A DNA stretch of 64,000 nucleotides from the NCBI GenBank assembly GCA_041650835.1, contig JBAZKL010000006.1, positions 1,449 to 65,448 on the forward strand. Reading direction: 5' to 3'. The stretch's first letter is position 1, and every line of letters begins with the position of its first letter. The position numbers and the translations under genes were made by a program. This stretch comes from Candidatus Omnitrophota bacterium (GTDB taxonomy: Bacteria; Omnitrophota; Gorgyraeia; Gygaellales; Profunditerraquicolaceae). Positions 1 to 8,331 of this stretch are shown piece by piece. The notes under the pieces were generated by a model, which was not told where the DNA came from, did no database searches, and was given only the letters and a program-made list of their open reading frames with translations.

Positions 1-156
1 AATGCTCTCTTGCCGCTCTATTTTTTCCTGAACAGGCTCATTTAAGATCAACGGTGAGATACGGTTCACCCATTTATAATTATTCCTGGTAAAGAAAGTC
101 AGGCAGAGTATAAGCCCTAAAGATATGAACAGCCATTTGTTGACTTGAGAAAACAC
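1..156 (-). CDS. Possible 5' fragment of a membrane protein gene running off the window start (GTG start at 156, GGAGG 8 nt upstream)
   Basis: Open frame on the minus strand from 156 to the window edge encoding VFSQVNKWLFISLGLILCLTFF..., a hydrophobic N-terminus. A GGAGG Shine-Dalgarno lies at 164-168. The frame is below the 60-aa ORF track cutoff because it is truncated. Confidence 0.25.
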   Translation of the reverse strand, partial: MFSQVNKWLFISLGLILCLTFFTRNNYKWVNRISPLILNEPVQEKIERQESI

Positions 157-187
157 AGGATACCTCCCTGAAAAACAATACCGGTAC

Positions 188-2368
188 TCAACCGTTAAGC
201 TCTAAAAGCTCCTTTTCGGCCTTTTTACGGTCAGGAGTATCAACCGACCGGTAAAATTCCTGCGCCTGCTGAAAATACTCGCGCGCTTTATTCTTCTGCT
301 TTCGTTTTTTATACACGATCCCTAAATTAAAATTTACCGCCGCTAATTCCGGCTCTAATTGAGCGCTCCTGCAAATAAAAGCCGCCCGGGTGAAGAATTC
401 TTCGGCTTTCGGCAGGTTATCCATGTCCAGGTACCATTCGCCGATCATCGTATAATCGCCGGCAATATTAGGCACATTGCCTTCGCGCTCGTCGATCTTT
501 AAACCTTCCCGGTAACAATCAAGCGCGCGCTCGTATTGTTTTTCAAACAGATAGATCTCGCCAAGGTTAAAATAATAATCGCTAAGCTCATCCCGCAGGT
601 CCAATTTTCTAAACATTGCCTTGCTTTTATCATAAAAACTCCGGGCGAGCTCATGGTCGCCTTTATCGCTGAATAAAAGCCCCAGGTCAAAATAATCGCA
701 GGCCAGGTTATAGCGGTACCCCCGCAGATGCTGGCGTTCACGGTTTATCTCAGAGCTTTTTGTCAGTAATTCAAGCGCCTTATCGCCTTGCCCCTTATCA
801 ATATACCATAAAGCCAGTTTTCTCAAAGCACAAGCTTCTCCTAAACGGTCTTTTTGCCCGCGGCACAGCGATAAAGCTTTTTCATAAAAATCGAATGCTT
901 TCGGATATTCCCCTTTTTGATAATAAAGCCAGCCGATCGCGATATACGCTTCAGAGAGATGTTTATAATCCCGCTTTTTCTGGCTGTAATAGGCATATTC
1001 AAAACAACTTGCTAAAGCCCGGTCGCGGAGCCCCTGCTTTTGATACGCTTTCGCCATCGGCAGATATACAGGCAAGAACAAAGGATCATTATTCTTGACC
1101 TCTTCGTAAAGCAGCGCCGCGCTATTGTTGCTGCCTTGCCCCATCAACCTCGCGGACCGAAGCATCAACAGATGCGCCTGCGGGCTTACGGATGGTGAGT
1201 AATTCTGTAAAACTATGCCACAGGCAAAAACAAGCGCCCCCACGGAAGTTAAACACAAACATTTCTTAGGCACACCCTTAAAGGCCGCCGCATGATCCTG
1301 TTGTTGCCCCGCATCGAAGCTATAATCCGGATCGCCATAGAGCAGGTAACTTGACCAGAAAACTGAATGAGCGCCGTATACTTCCATCAACTTCAAACGC
1401 CCTAAACGGACGCATTCCCCGAGAGGTTTTTCCTTCAGCAGGTGCGAATAGAATTCACGGGAAAAGACCAGGCTCACCTGATCTTCGATCTTACGCAAGC
1501 TTCCGACATAATGCCTGACCCCCGACAATAAAAATGCCGACGCCAGGTCGTACTCCTTTCTTTGATAATCACCCGTATAGCCGCGGGCGCGATGACAGGC
1601 GTTTGAGAAGACCAGCGACGGTAACGGCATTGCTCCCGCCATATTCATGATATCGCTGACCGAGAATATCCCGTCATTGAGCAGCCAACCCGTCTTATCA
1701 GGGCCTGTCCCATCGGAAGCTCCGTGTCCGGCAAAATGAACGATGTCATAATCCCTGAAGCTCTTATGGACGTACAACGTATCAACCAGCGCCGATTTAA
1801 AATCAAGCGCCATATTTGTTTTTCTCTTCTTGAGCTCCTTCAAAATATACAGCCCTTCAGTATAGGCATATTTCAGGTCTCCGGTAGGGTCAGCCAGCAC
1901 GAGCATTTTCATTTTATCCGCGACATTTCTCGGACTTGCCAGCGGGCCCCTTTCCTGAGTCCTCATCATCCTTCCGACGCCGAACTTTAAGCTTAAAAAA
2001 TCATCTCCGTCGAACAAAAGCTCCCAGGGAATAGCGACCAATTCTTCATCCAGGCTTAATATGAGCCGCGATGGCGGCGATGCCCGCAGGCAGGCTTTAA
2101 CCTCGCGGGTTAATAAAGCGTCCCATAAGATCTGCCCGGCCTTTTTAAGCTGAAGGGTGAGATCAGGGTCAAAAATACTTTTGCTATTGGCGTTATTGAG
2201 CAGGGCGCAGATATCTTCGGATACAGCGGTTATTATAGGAAAAGGGACCGCTTGGAGGCTATAGTGCCGGATAGCACAGGCAATCTCACCTGTAGTAGTT
2301 ACACACATTTTAAGGTGCGGCTGATGGCACAGGATCTCCAAAATTAGAATATTTTGCTTATCCCCCAT
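188..2368 (-). CDS. CHAT-domain (caspase-like protease) / transmembrane / TPR-repeat protein
   Basis: 726 aa. N-terminal CHAT fold with His (VHFAGHG, ~aa 215) and Cys (FSNACHR, ~aa 258) forming a caspase-type dyad. Hydrophobic helix around aa 365-385. C-terminal half is a run of TPR-like repeats (Y/F...A...G pattern). Lies 15 nt downstream of the anti-sigma gene. Confidence 0.85.
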   Translation of the reverse strand: MGDKQNILILEILCHQPHLKMCVTTTGEIACAIRHYSLQAVPFPIITAVSEDICALLNNANSKSIFDPDLTLQLKKAGQILWDALLTREVKACLRASPPSRLILSLDEELVAIPWELLFDGDDFLSLKFGVGRMMRTQERGPLASPRNVADKMKMLVLADPTGDLKYAYTEGLYILKELKKRKTNMALDFKSALVDTLYVHKSFRDYDIVHFAGHGASDGTGPDKTGWLLNDGIFSVSDIMNMAGAMPLPSLVFSNACHRARGYTGDYQRKEYDLASAFLLSGVRHYVGSLRKIEDQVSLVFSREFYSHLLKEKPLGECVRLGRLKLMEVYGAHSVFWSSYLLYGDPDYSFDAGQQQDHAAAFKGVPKKCLCLTSVGALVFACGIVLQNYSPSVSPQAHLLMLRSARLMGQGSNNSAALLYEEVKNNDPLFLPVYLPMAKAYQKQGLRDRALASCFEYAYYSQKKRDYKHLSEAYIAIGWLYYQKGEYPKAFDFYEKALSLCRGQKDRLGEACALRKLALWYIDKGQGDKALELLTKSSEINRERQHLRGYRYNLACDYFDLGLLFSDKGDHELARSFYDKSKAMFRKLDLRDELSDYYFNLGEIYLFEKQYERALDCYREGLKIDEREGNVPNIAGDYTMIGEWYLDMDNLPKAEEFFTRAAFICRSAQLEPELAAVNFNLGIVYKKRKQKNKAREYFQQAQEFYRSVDTPDRKKAEKELLELNG

Positions 2369-2383
2369 AGGCTTAAAATAAGT

Positions 2384-3094
2384 TTAGGCAAGCCGCATAT
2401 TCAAGACGACCGTAGCAATAATTTTATTATCAACGGCTATGGCGGCGGTATAGCTTCCCGCAGCTACGTCTTCAAAGCATGCCCTGCCTGAATCAACACA
2501 ATAAGATTCTAATTCCACCCCTGCGCGCGAAAGCGTAACCCTAACATCTTTCCGTAAAGCCTTGCGGCCGGCACTATCTTTCAACAACACGCTCACCCTG
2601 GTAGTACGCTTGCGCTTATTTTCAATCCTGACCTCTAATCGCAGGCCTTTAAAATCATTACGAACTATCAGTTCATGCCGGGTTTTTCCTGATCTGGCGC
2701 TTCTCAAAACAGCTTCAGGGATAAATTCTCCTCCGGATAAGACTTCTCCCGTTGTATTGAGAAGCTCAAATGACCCCTCCTTAAGTAAGAGGCTAATTTC
2801 TAAAATATCCCGAATGATGCGCTCGCTCAAGAGTTTCTTGAGCGCTCGCAGGCGGCCGGGAGCAACAGCGATGTTCGCTGCCTCATCCAGCGGGACCGCA
2901 GCGGCAGCTTTTTCAGCGCAAGTTTCGCATAAAACGATATGCCGCTTAAACTCGCGGCTCTCTTCTTGAGAAAGCCCGCCGTCAAAAAAACAAGCGAATA
3001 CCGCGGCGTCAGGATGAGCTTGGGCCGGGTCAAATTTAGAACGCTTCCACATTCGATAAACCGACTTAATGAACACCTGTGTCTTTTCCCGCAT
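2384..3094 (-). CDS. Putative anti-sigma factor (zf-HC2 type) with C-terminal beta-rich domain
   Basis: 236 aa with an HxxxCxxC motif (RHIVLCETCAEK) typical of zinc-binding anti-sigma factors. Immediately downstream (29 nt) of an ECF sigma gene. No clear TM segment, so probably soluble. Confidence 0.55.
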   Translation of the reverse strand: MREKTQVFIKSVYRMWKRSKFDPAQAHPDAAVFACFFDGGLSQEESREFKRHIVLCETCAEKAAAAVPLDEAANIAVAPGRLRALKKLLSERIIRDILEISLLLKEGSFELLNTTGEVLSGGEFIPEAVLRSARSGKTRHELIVRNDFKGLRLEVRIENKRKRTTRVSVLLKDSAGRKALRKDVRVTLSRAGVELESYCVDSGRACFEDVAAGSYTAAIAVDNKIIATVVLNMRLA

Positions 3095-3123
3095 AGATCT
3101 TACCGGCCTTTCAAAGCTAAAAG

Positions 3124-3717
3124 CTAAACCATAAACCCCTTATGCTTAAAACATTCTCTCAAATCATCAATTATCCTGGTTTTGCGCATATCGATCGTCC
3201 CCCGGGAAACTTTAAGCAATCCTTTTAATTCATCCAAGCTTAAGCCTTGATTGATATACATCTCCAGAAAAAAACGCTCTTCCGTGCCTAAGCGTTCAAT
3301 GCAATCCCGCAGCAAAGCGAATTTTTCCTTGCTAAAGACACCTTCCGGGACCGTAAGGGATTCATCGACAATTGATTCTTCATCAAAAGATTGAGGATCA
3401 TCAATTGATACGAGATCCTTACGGCTGCGGATAAAATCAATTGTTTTATTTACAACGATCTGCCGCAGCCAGGTCGCAAAGCTGCAGCCGTTGCGCGATT
3501 GAAAGCTTTTGAGTTTTTTGAAATTATCATCTACAAGAGAAAGGAATATTTCCTGGAATAATTCATCAATTGTATCAGCACCGATATAACCGGCGCCCTT
3601 ATAACGCAAAACTGAAAAAATATAATTATAAATAAGGCGGGAATACCGCTCGAGGAACTTATCCCATGCCTGCCTATCCCCTTCAATACACTTTTGCACA
3701 AAATTCAAATCTTCCAT
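3124..3717 (-). CDS. ECF-type RNA polymerase sigma-70 family factor
   Basis: 197 aa. Region-2-like segment (YSRLIYNYIFSVL...ADTIDELFQEIFLSL) and region-4 HTH-like C-terminus (LSLDELKGLLKVSRGTIDMRKTRIIDDLRE). Size and layout fit an ECF sigma factor. Confidence 0.9.
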   Translation of the reverse strand: MEDLNFVQKCIEGDRQAWDKFLERYSRLIYNYIFSVLRYKGAGYIGADTIDELFQEIFLSLVDDNFKKLKSFQSRNGCSFATWLRQIVVNKTIDFIRSRKDLVSIDDPQSFDEESIVDESLTVPEGVFSKEKFALLRDCIERLGTEERFFLEMYINQGLSLDELKGLLKVSRGTIDMRKTRIIDDLRECFKHKGFMV

Positions 3718-3727
3718 GATGAATAAA

Positions 3728-3736
3728 GTATAACAT
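3728..3736 (-). promoter_or_regulatory. Extended -10 element (TGTTATACT) 10 nt upstream of the ECF sigma start codon
   Basis: Minus-strand sequence TGTTATACT followed by ttattcatcATG. A very short leader. No convincing -35 was seen. Confidence 0.3.
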
Positions 3737-3910
3737 TTTTTACCCGAAAAAACATATTTTTTTAAGAAATTTTCACACTTTTATTGACTTGGCAATCAAT
3801 ACATAACTTATTGACATTAACTAACTTACAACCCTGATATGAAAATCTAATTAGAATAATCTGTATTTTCTAAAAAATGCCCTCCCCCTCTGGCTTTGCC
3901 ATGACAAATA

Positions 3911-3986
3911 TTCGGTGCTCGGTTATCGGTAATTATGACCATTCTAACATACGATAACCGATAACCGAGCACCGAGAACCGATAAC
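3911..3986. repeat. Perfect 18-bp inverted repeat (cggtgctcggttatcggt / accgataaccgagcaccg) with 26-nt loop, embedded in short accgaNaacc direct repeats
   Basis: Read directly. 3913-3930 is the reverse complement of 3957-3974. Flanking copies of accgataacc / accgagaacc. Lies between the GT2 gene stop (4005) and the sigma-factor promoter. Confidence 0.6.
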
Positions 3987-4004
3987 ACTACTGGCTTAAT
4001 TTAA

Positions 4005-4970
4005 TTATCTTCTCTTTAGCTTTTTGATGAATTGCCTTTTACGAAAGGCTGATTGAAAAGGTATTGCGGGATCAAAGAAGAAGCGTAGAACAGCCGGCCG
4101 GCAGAATATGAGATAAATAAAGGTAACTGCGTCATAAATAAATATCAACGGAAAGAACATCAAGAAGCAGATCAGCTTCTCGTTTTTAATTATTGTAAGG
4201 CACCTGTTTTTAACTAAATAAAAATTTAACTCATCATTTAAATAAAACCGGGCAAATCTTTTATTAATTCCTTGCGCGCGCCTTGCGGTAGCGCCGCGGA
4301 CATGATAGGCGATAGCTGACGGAACATAATACGCCTTCCAACCGGCATTCTGCGCCCTCCAGCAAATATCCAGGTCTTCATAGAAAAAGGCGAGATCATT
4401 ATCAAAATACTCGGTAACACCGGGAGAAACCTCTACTTTCAGGCCGTCAAGGAGGGCCTTTCTGTAAAACGCCACAGCGCCGTTAACCCCGAAAACATAC
4501 CCATCCCTGGCGAATCGGCCTTCATCGGGAGTTCCATACCCCCGCTCAACTGCCGTCCTCCAGGGGCTCAAAAACAACCCCGTGCTATCGAGAGTTTTTT
4601 TATCCGCGCGTAAGATCTTTCCGCTGACCATGCCTATATCAGGGCTCACGCTAAAACCCTTGAGCGCTTCCTCGATAAAATTCCCCTCCAGGACAACATC
4701 ATCATTCAGGCAAAGGATAAATTTCCCTTCGCAAACGGCTATCCCCTGGTCCAAAGACCGGCAATAAAACATATTCAACTCATTTTTAAGGATACGCACG
4801 GAGGGAAATTCCCTGACGATAGATAAGCTTAAATGCTCAAGGAGGGAATTATCGATAACAATGACCTGCGTATCGCGGAAGGATTGTTTTCCGAGCGAAC
4901 AAAGGCAATTTTTTATAAAATCCCCCTTGCCGGCGGTAACAATGACAATGCTTACGGACACTCCAGGCAT
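4005..4970 (-). CDS. Family 2 glycosyltransferase
   Basis: N-terminus VSIVIVTAGKGDFIKNCLCSLGKQSFRDTQVIVIDNS... matches the GT-A fold of GT2, with a DxD-like LNDD motif. 321 aa. Confidence 0.85.
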   Translation of the reverse strand: MPGVSVSIVIVTAGKGDFIKNCLCSLGKQSFRDTQVIVIDNSLLEHLSLSIVREFPSVRILKNELNMFYCRSLDQGIAVCEGKFILCLNDDVVLEGNFIEEALKGFSVSPDIGMVSGKILRADKKTLDSTGLFLSPWRTAVERGYGTPDEGRFARDGYVFGVNGAVAFYRKALLDGLKVEVSPGVTEYFDNDLAFFYEDLDICWRAQNAGWKAYYVPSAIAYHVRGATARRAQGINKRFARFYLNDELNFYLVKNRCLTIIKNEKLICFLMFFPLIFIYDAVTFIYLIFCRPAVLRFFFDPAIPFQSAFRKRQFIKKLKRR

Positions 4971-5066
4971 AAGTTTAATTACTCACCCTTCTCCCCAAAT
5001 CCTTTTTTCATTACTCGTCAAATACCCTTTGACTTTAAGGATAATATTGTCTAAAATTATAACATA

Positions 5067-6209
5067 ATGTTTATTCTCTTTCTATCGATAATCTTTTTCC
5101 GCCCGTTCATCTCTTCTTTAGCATACCCGCGGCTCAATTATTTTTATTCAACATACCTGGTTCTCTTCGCGCTGCTCTACGCTATCCTCAGGATCAGGCC
5201 CTTGCGTCATATGCGACGATTTATCCCCGCGATACTTTTATTCTGCCTGTCACTTGCCGTTTCCGTCCTGTTCTCGCTTCATCGTCAAAACAGTACCGCG
5301 GAGCTCTACAAATATATAAGCGCGCTGCTGCTCTTTTTCATCGCGGCAGGATTCACTCAACGCGAACGGCTTGTCTTTATCAACACGATGGTCATATACG
5401 GCGTTATACTCAGCATACTCGCGATTTACCAGTACTTTTTCGGCTACCTTAACCTCTTGCAATACGTGAAATCACACGGGATAAATGCCCCCTACATCAT
5501 TGAAACCCTCAACCAGAACAGGGCATATTTCCCTTTTGTCTCTCCTAATATGCTCGGAGGGTATGTCGGCATGCTTATCCCGCTAACGCTTATCAACGGC
5601 AAAAGAAGATGGGCAATTATCCCCTTACTCTTAACCCTTTTACTGACACGCTCTTTTGGCGCCATTACCAGCACTTTCTTAGGAATATGCATCTACACAT
5701 TATTACAGGCAAAGGTGCGTAAAATGATCGCGGCTATTCTGAGCGGGTTACTCCTGATCCTGGGGATCGTTATCATAATGCGCACGACTACGGCAAAAGA
5801 ACATATCCAACCCATTTTCTCGACTTTAGCGAGGCTCGATTATTGGAAAGCCACTCTCCCGATCATTTCTTTGGCACCCCTGACCGGAGTCGGCATAGGC
5901 AACTTTAACCTCGCCCAAACACGCTTCGCGCACAATTCATATTTACAGATCTGGGCTGAAATGGGCTTACCCGGACTTATCTCTTTGGTTTGGTTGATCT
6001 CACTCTCAGGGAAACAAGCTATGAACAACATACGCTTAAACCGGGAAGATTCACCCGCAACGATAGCGCTTTTATCTTCTGTATCTGTTTTTCTCATACA
6101 CAACATTATTGATTTCACGTTTTTCCTGCCGGAGGTGGCATTACTCTGGTGGATGCTCTTAGGGATGTCGATCAACGATGGAAACGATCATAGTCATACC
6201 GACCTATAA
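5067..6209 (+). CDS. O-antigen ligase / Wzy-like polytopic membrane protein
   Basis: 380 aa with ~10 predicted TM helices. Conserved Wzy_C-like segment (NSYLQIWAEMGLPGLISLVWL). One of only two plus-strand genes in the locus. Confidence 0.55.
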   Translation: MFILFLSIIFFRPFISSLAYPRLNYFYSTYLVLFALLYAILRIRPLRHMRRFIPAILLFCLSLAVSVLFSLHRQNSTAELYKYISALLLFFIAAGFTQRERLVFINTMVIYGVILSILAIYQYFFGYLNLLQYVKSHGINAPYIIETLNQNRAYFPFVSPNMLGGYVGMLIPLTLINGKRRWAIIPLLLTLLLTRSFGAITSTFLGICIYTLLQAKVRKMIAAILSGLLLILGIVIIMRTTTAKEHIQPIFSTLARLDYWKATLPIISLAPLTGVGIGNFNLAQTRFAHNSYLQIWAEMGLPGLISLVWLISLSGKQAMNNIRLNREDSPATIALLSSVSVFLIHNIIDFTFFLPEVALLWWMLLGMSINDGNDHSHTDL

Positions 6210-6903
6210 CGAGAAGGAAAATATCGCGCCTCTCTCAGAACGGATATTGGCCGTTCTTCCCCGGGTGAGGATACTTTTTGTCGATGATAATTCTCCTGAC
6301 GGAACAGGGGAAACCGCGGATAAACTCGCCCTGAATGACCCCCGCATCAGGGTCCTGCACAGGGAAAGAAAATCCGGCCTTGGGAAAGCTTACGTCGCCG
6401 GTTTCCGGGAAGCTTTGCGGTCACACCCGGATTATATAGTGCAAATGGACGCTGACTTTTCACACGACCCCGGATACCTGACGGAATTTCTCGCGGCTAT
6501 ACCGGAGGCGGACCTGGTCATCGGCACACGCTACGGTGAGGCCGCAAAAAGCCTCTCGCATAGTACCCGCTTAAGTTACTGCGCCAACTATTACACCCGG
6601 TTTATTTTAAACCTGCCTATCAGCGATACTTTGGGAGGGTTCAAATGTTTCAAAAGAAGGCTGCTGGAAGGGATTAACCTGGACACATTCATCTCTACCG
6701 GCTTTGTCTTCCAGGCGGAATTCATTTATAAGGCGTATAAAGCAGGATTCAAGATCAGGGAAATTCCCATCAACTTCTACCAAAGAAAGTCGGGAGCCAC
6801 AAAAAAATCGGCAAGCATTATCGCGGAAGCATTCTTCAAAATGCCGCTCATCAGGCTCATGAACGCTTTTAAAAGGATCCCTCGCGAAGAAAAAACCGGA
6901 TAA
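6178..6903 (+). CDS. Polyprenol-phosphate glycosyltransferase (Dpm1/GtrB-like GT2)
   Basis: METIIVIPTYNEKENI...ILFVDDNSPDGTGE...VQMDADFSHDP...GTRY matches dolichol/undecaprenyl-phosphate mannosyl/glucosyltransferases. Start overlaps the end of the preceding gene. Confidence 0.8.
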   Translation: METIIVIPTYNEKENIAPLSERILAVLPRVRILFVDDNSPDGTGETADKLALNDPRIRVLHRERKSGLGKAYVAGFREALRSHPDYIVQMDADFSHDPGYLTEFLAAIPEADLVIGTRYGEAAKSLSHSTRLSYCANYYTRFILNLPISDTLGGFKCFKRRLLEGINLDTFISTGFVFQAEFIYKAYKAGFKIREIPINFYQRKSGATKKSASIIAEAFFKMPLIRLMNAFKRIPREEKTG

Positions 6904-6951
6904 GGCTTAGAACCGCAGTTTAAGCCGGTGAGCAAAATAGTTCCCGCCCTT

Positions 6952-8331
6952 TTATTGAGCATACCCTAACGACCGCAACTGTTCTTTTTCTTGAATAGTC
7001 AGCGGTTCCTTTTCCGCGCGCGGCGCCCCCTTCCTCAAAAGGTCAAGCTCGTTCTTAAGAAGCTCGAATTTCTCACGGTCGACCAAAACCAGATTATTCA
7101 ACTCACCGGGATCAACTTGCAAATCATATAACTCATAACCCTTTCGATGGTCATAGATCAATTTCCAGCCATCAGCCCGGATAGCCGCCGCATCAGGACT
7201 TAACGCGCTAAAAGAGCGTGAATTATTATGGTCAAAACCATTCTTGAGCCCGGGCAGGAGGCTTTCCCCTATCATGCTCTTTGGTTGAGGGATACCCAGA
7301 AAATCAACGATCGTCGCGGCAATATCAATATGCCGGGCCAACGCCTGAACTTTTTCACCCCATGACCCCTCGCGCGCGGCCTTAATGACCAAAGGGACCC
7401 TGAGCAATTCGTCATAAAGCAGGAATCCATGGCTAAAGTACTGCCCATGTTCTCCCAGGCTTTCCGCGTGGTCAGCGCTCAATATGATCAGCGAGTTATC
7501 GTACAAGCCCAATTTCCTTAAATACCCTAAAACCTCGCCTACCTGGCTGTCGGCATAGCGTATCGAAGCATCATAGAGTTCAAGATAGAAATTCAGATCA
7601 GTGCGATTATCATGCGCGGCCGCCAAGCGCCCGGGGATACCGCCGAATCCATATAGATGATCAGCAGAAATAGGCACCTCAACCGGCTTGCGGCCCGGCA
7701 GCGGCGAAGCGATGAGCTCCCTGTATTTTGCCGCGGGAACCAGGGGATAGTGCGGCTCAAGGTAATGTATCCACACAAAGAACTTTTTCCGCTTATGCCC
7801 GTCCAGCCATTTTATGATCCTCGGATTGATATCAACAGCTTTAGCAGTCACCTTCTTATTATCGGAAAAAGTCCAGATCGTGTAAAAATCATCGAAGTCC
7901 TGATCAAAGCCTTTTATCGTTGCCAAACCCGGATGACTGCTGAAAAATCCGGTAGCAAAATTATTCTTTTTGAGCAAAGAGGTCAATGTCTCAATCCCTT
8001 CGGGGATTTTATCGCCGAAATCGAAAACCCCGTCACTTGATGGGTACCGCGAAGTCATAAGCGAAGCTAAAGCGGGAGCGGTAAAAGACGCATGCGCGAA
8101 AGCATTTGTAAAGACTGCGCCTTCTTTCGCGAACGCGTCGATATTCGGCGAAGTATTCACCGGATAACCGTAACAACCAAGATGGTCAGGCCGTAAAGCG
8201 TCCAGGGTGATCAAAACCACGCGCTGGGGCCCTCTGCTTTCCCGGTAAAAGCGTATTCCCAGGAACAAAAGAAAAATAACGGCTGTTACGGCTGAAATAC
8301 GAAAAAAATATTTTTTATTTTTCTTCATCAA
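6952..8331 (-). CDS. Sulfatase-family (alkaline phosphatase superfamily) membrane-anchored enzyme lacking the canonical formylglycine motif
   Basis: N-terminal TM helix. Metal-ligand block VVLITLDALRPDHLGCYGY and TNAF...SLMTSRYP align to arylsulfatases, but the C/S-x-P-x-R FGly motif is replaced by T-A-P-A-L. Confidence 0.75.
   Translation of the reverse strand: MMKKNKKYFFRISAVTAVIFLLFLGIRFYRESRGPQRVVLITLDALRPDHLGCYGYPVNTSPNIDAFAKEGAVFTNAFAHASFTAPALASLMTSRYPSSDGVFDFGDKIPEGIETLTSLLKKNNFATGFFSSHPGLATIKGFDQDFDDFYTIWTFSDNKKVTAKAVDINPRIIKWLDGHKRKKFFVWIHYLEPHYPLVPAAKYRELIASPLPGRKPVEVPISADHLYGFGGIPGRLAAAHDNRTDLNFYLELYDASIRYADSQVGEVLGYLRKLGLYDNSLIILSADHAESLGEHGQYFSHGFLLYDELLRVPLVIKAAREGSWGEKVQALARHIDIAATIVDFLGIPQPKSMIGESLLPGLKNGFDHNNSRSFSALSPDAAAIRADGWKLIYDHRKGYELYDLQVDPGELNNLVLVDREKFELLKNELDLLRKGAPRAEKEPLTIQEKEQLRSLGYAQ

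Noticed and set aside
6952-8331. Canonical formylglycine-dependent arylsulfatase needing an anSME-type radical SAM maturase from the neighbouring cluster
   Set aside because: The position aligned to the C/S-x-P-x-R FGly motif reads T-A-P-A-L, so there is no Cys or Ser to be converted. The SPASM rSAMs nearby are therefore unlikely to be sulfatase maturases for this protein.
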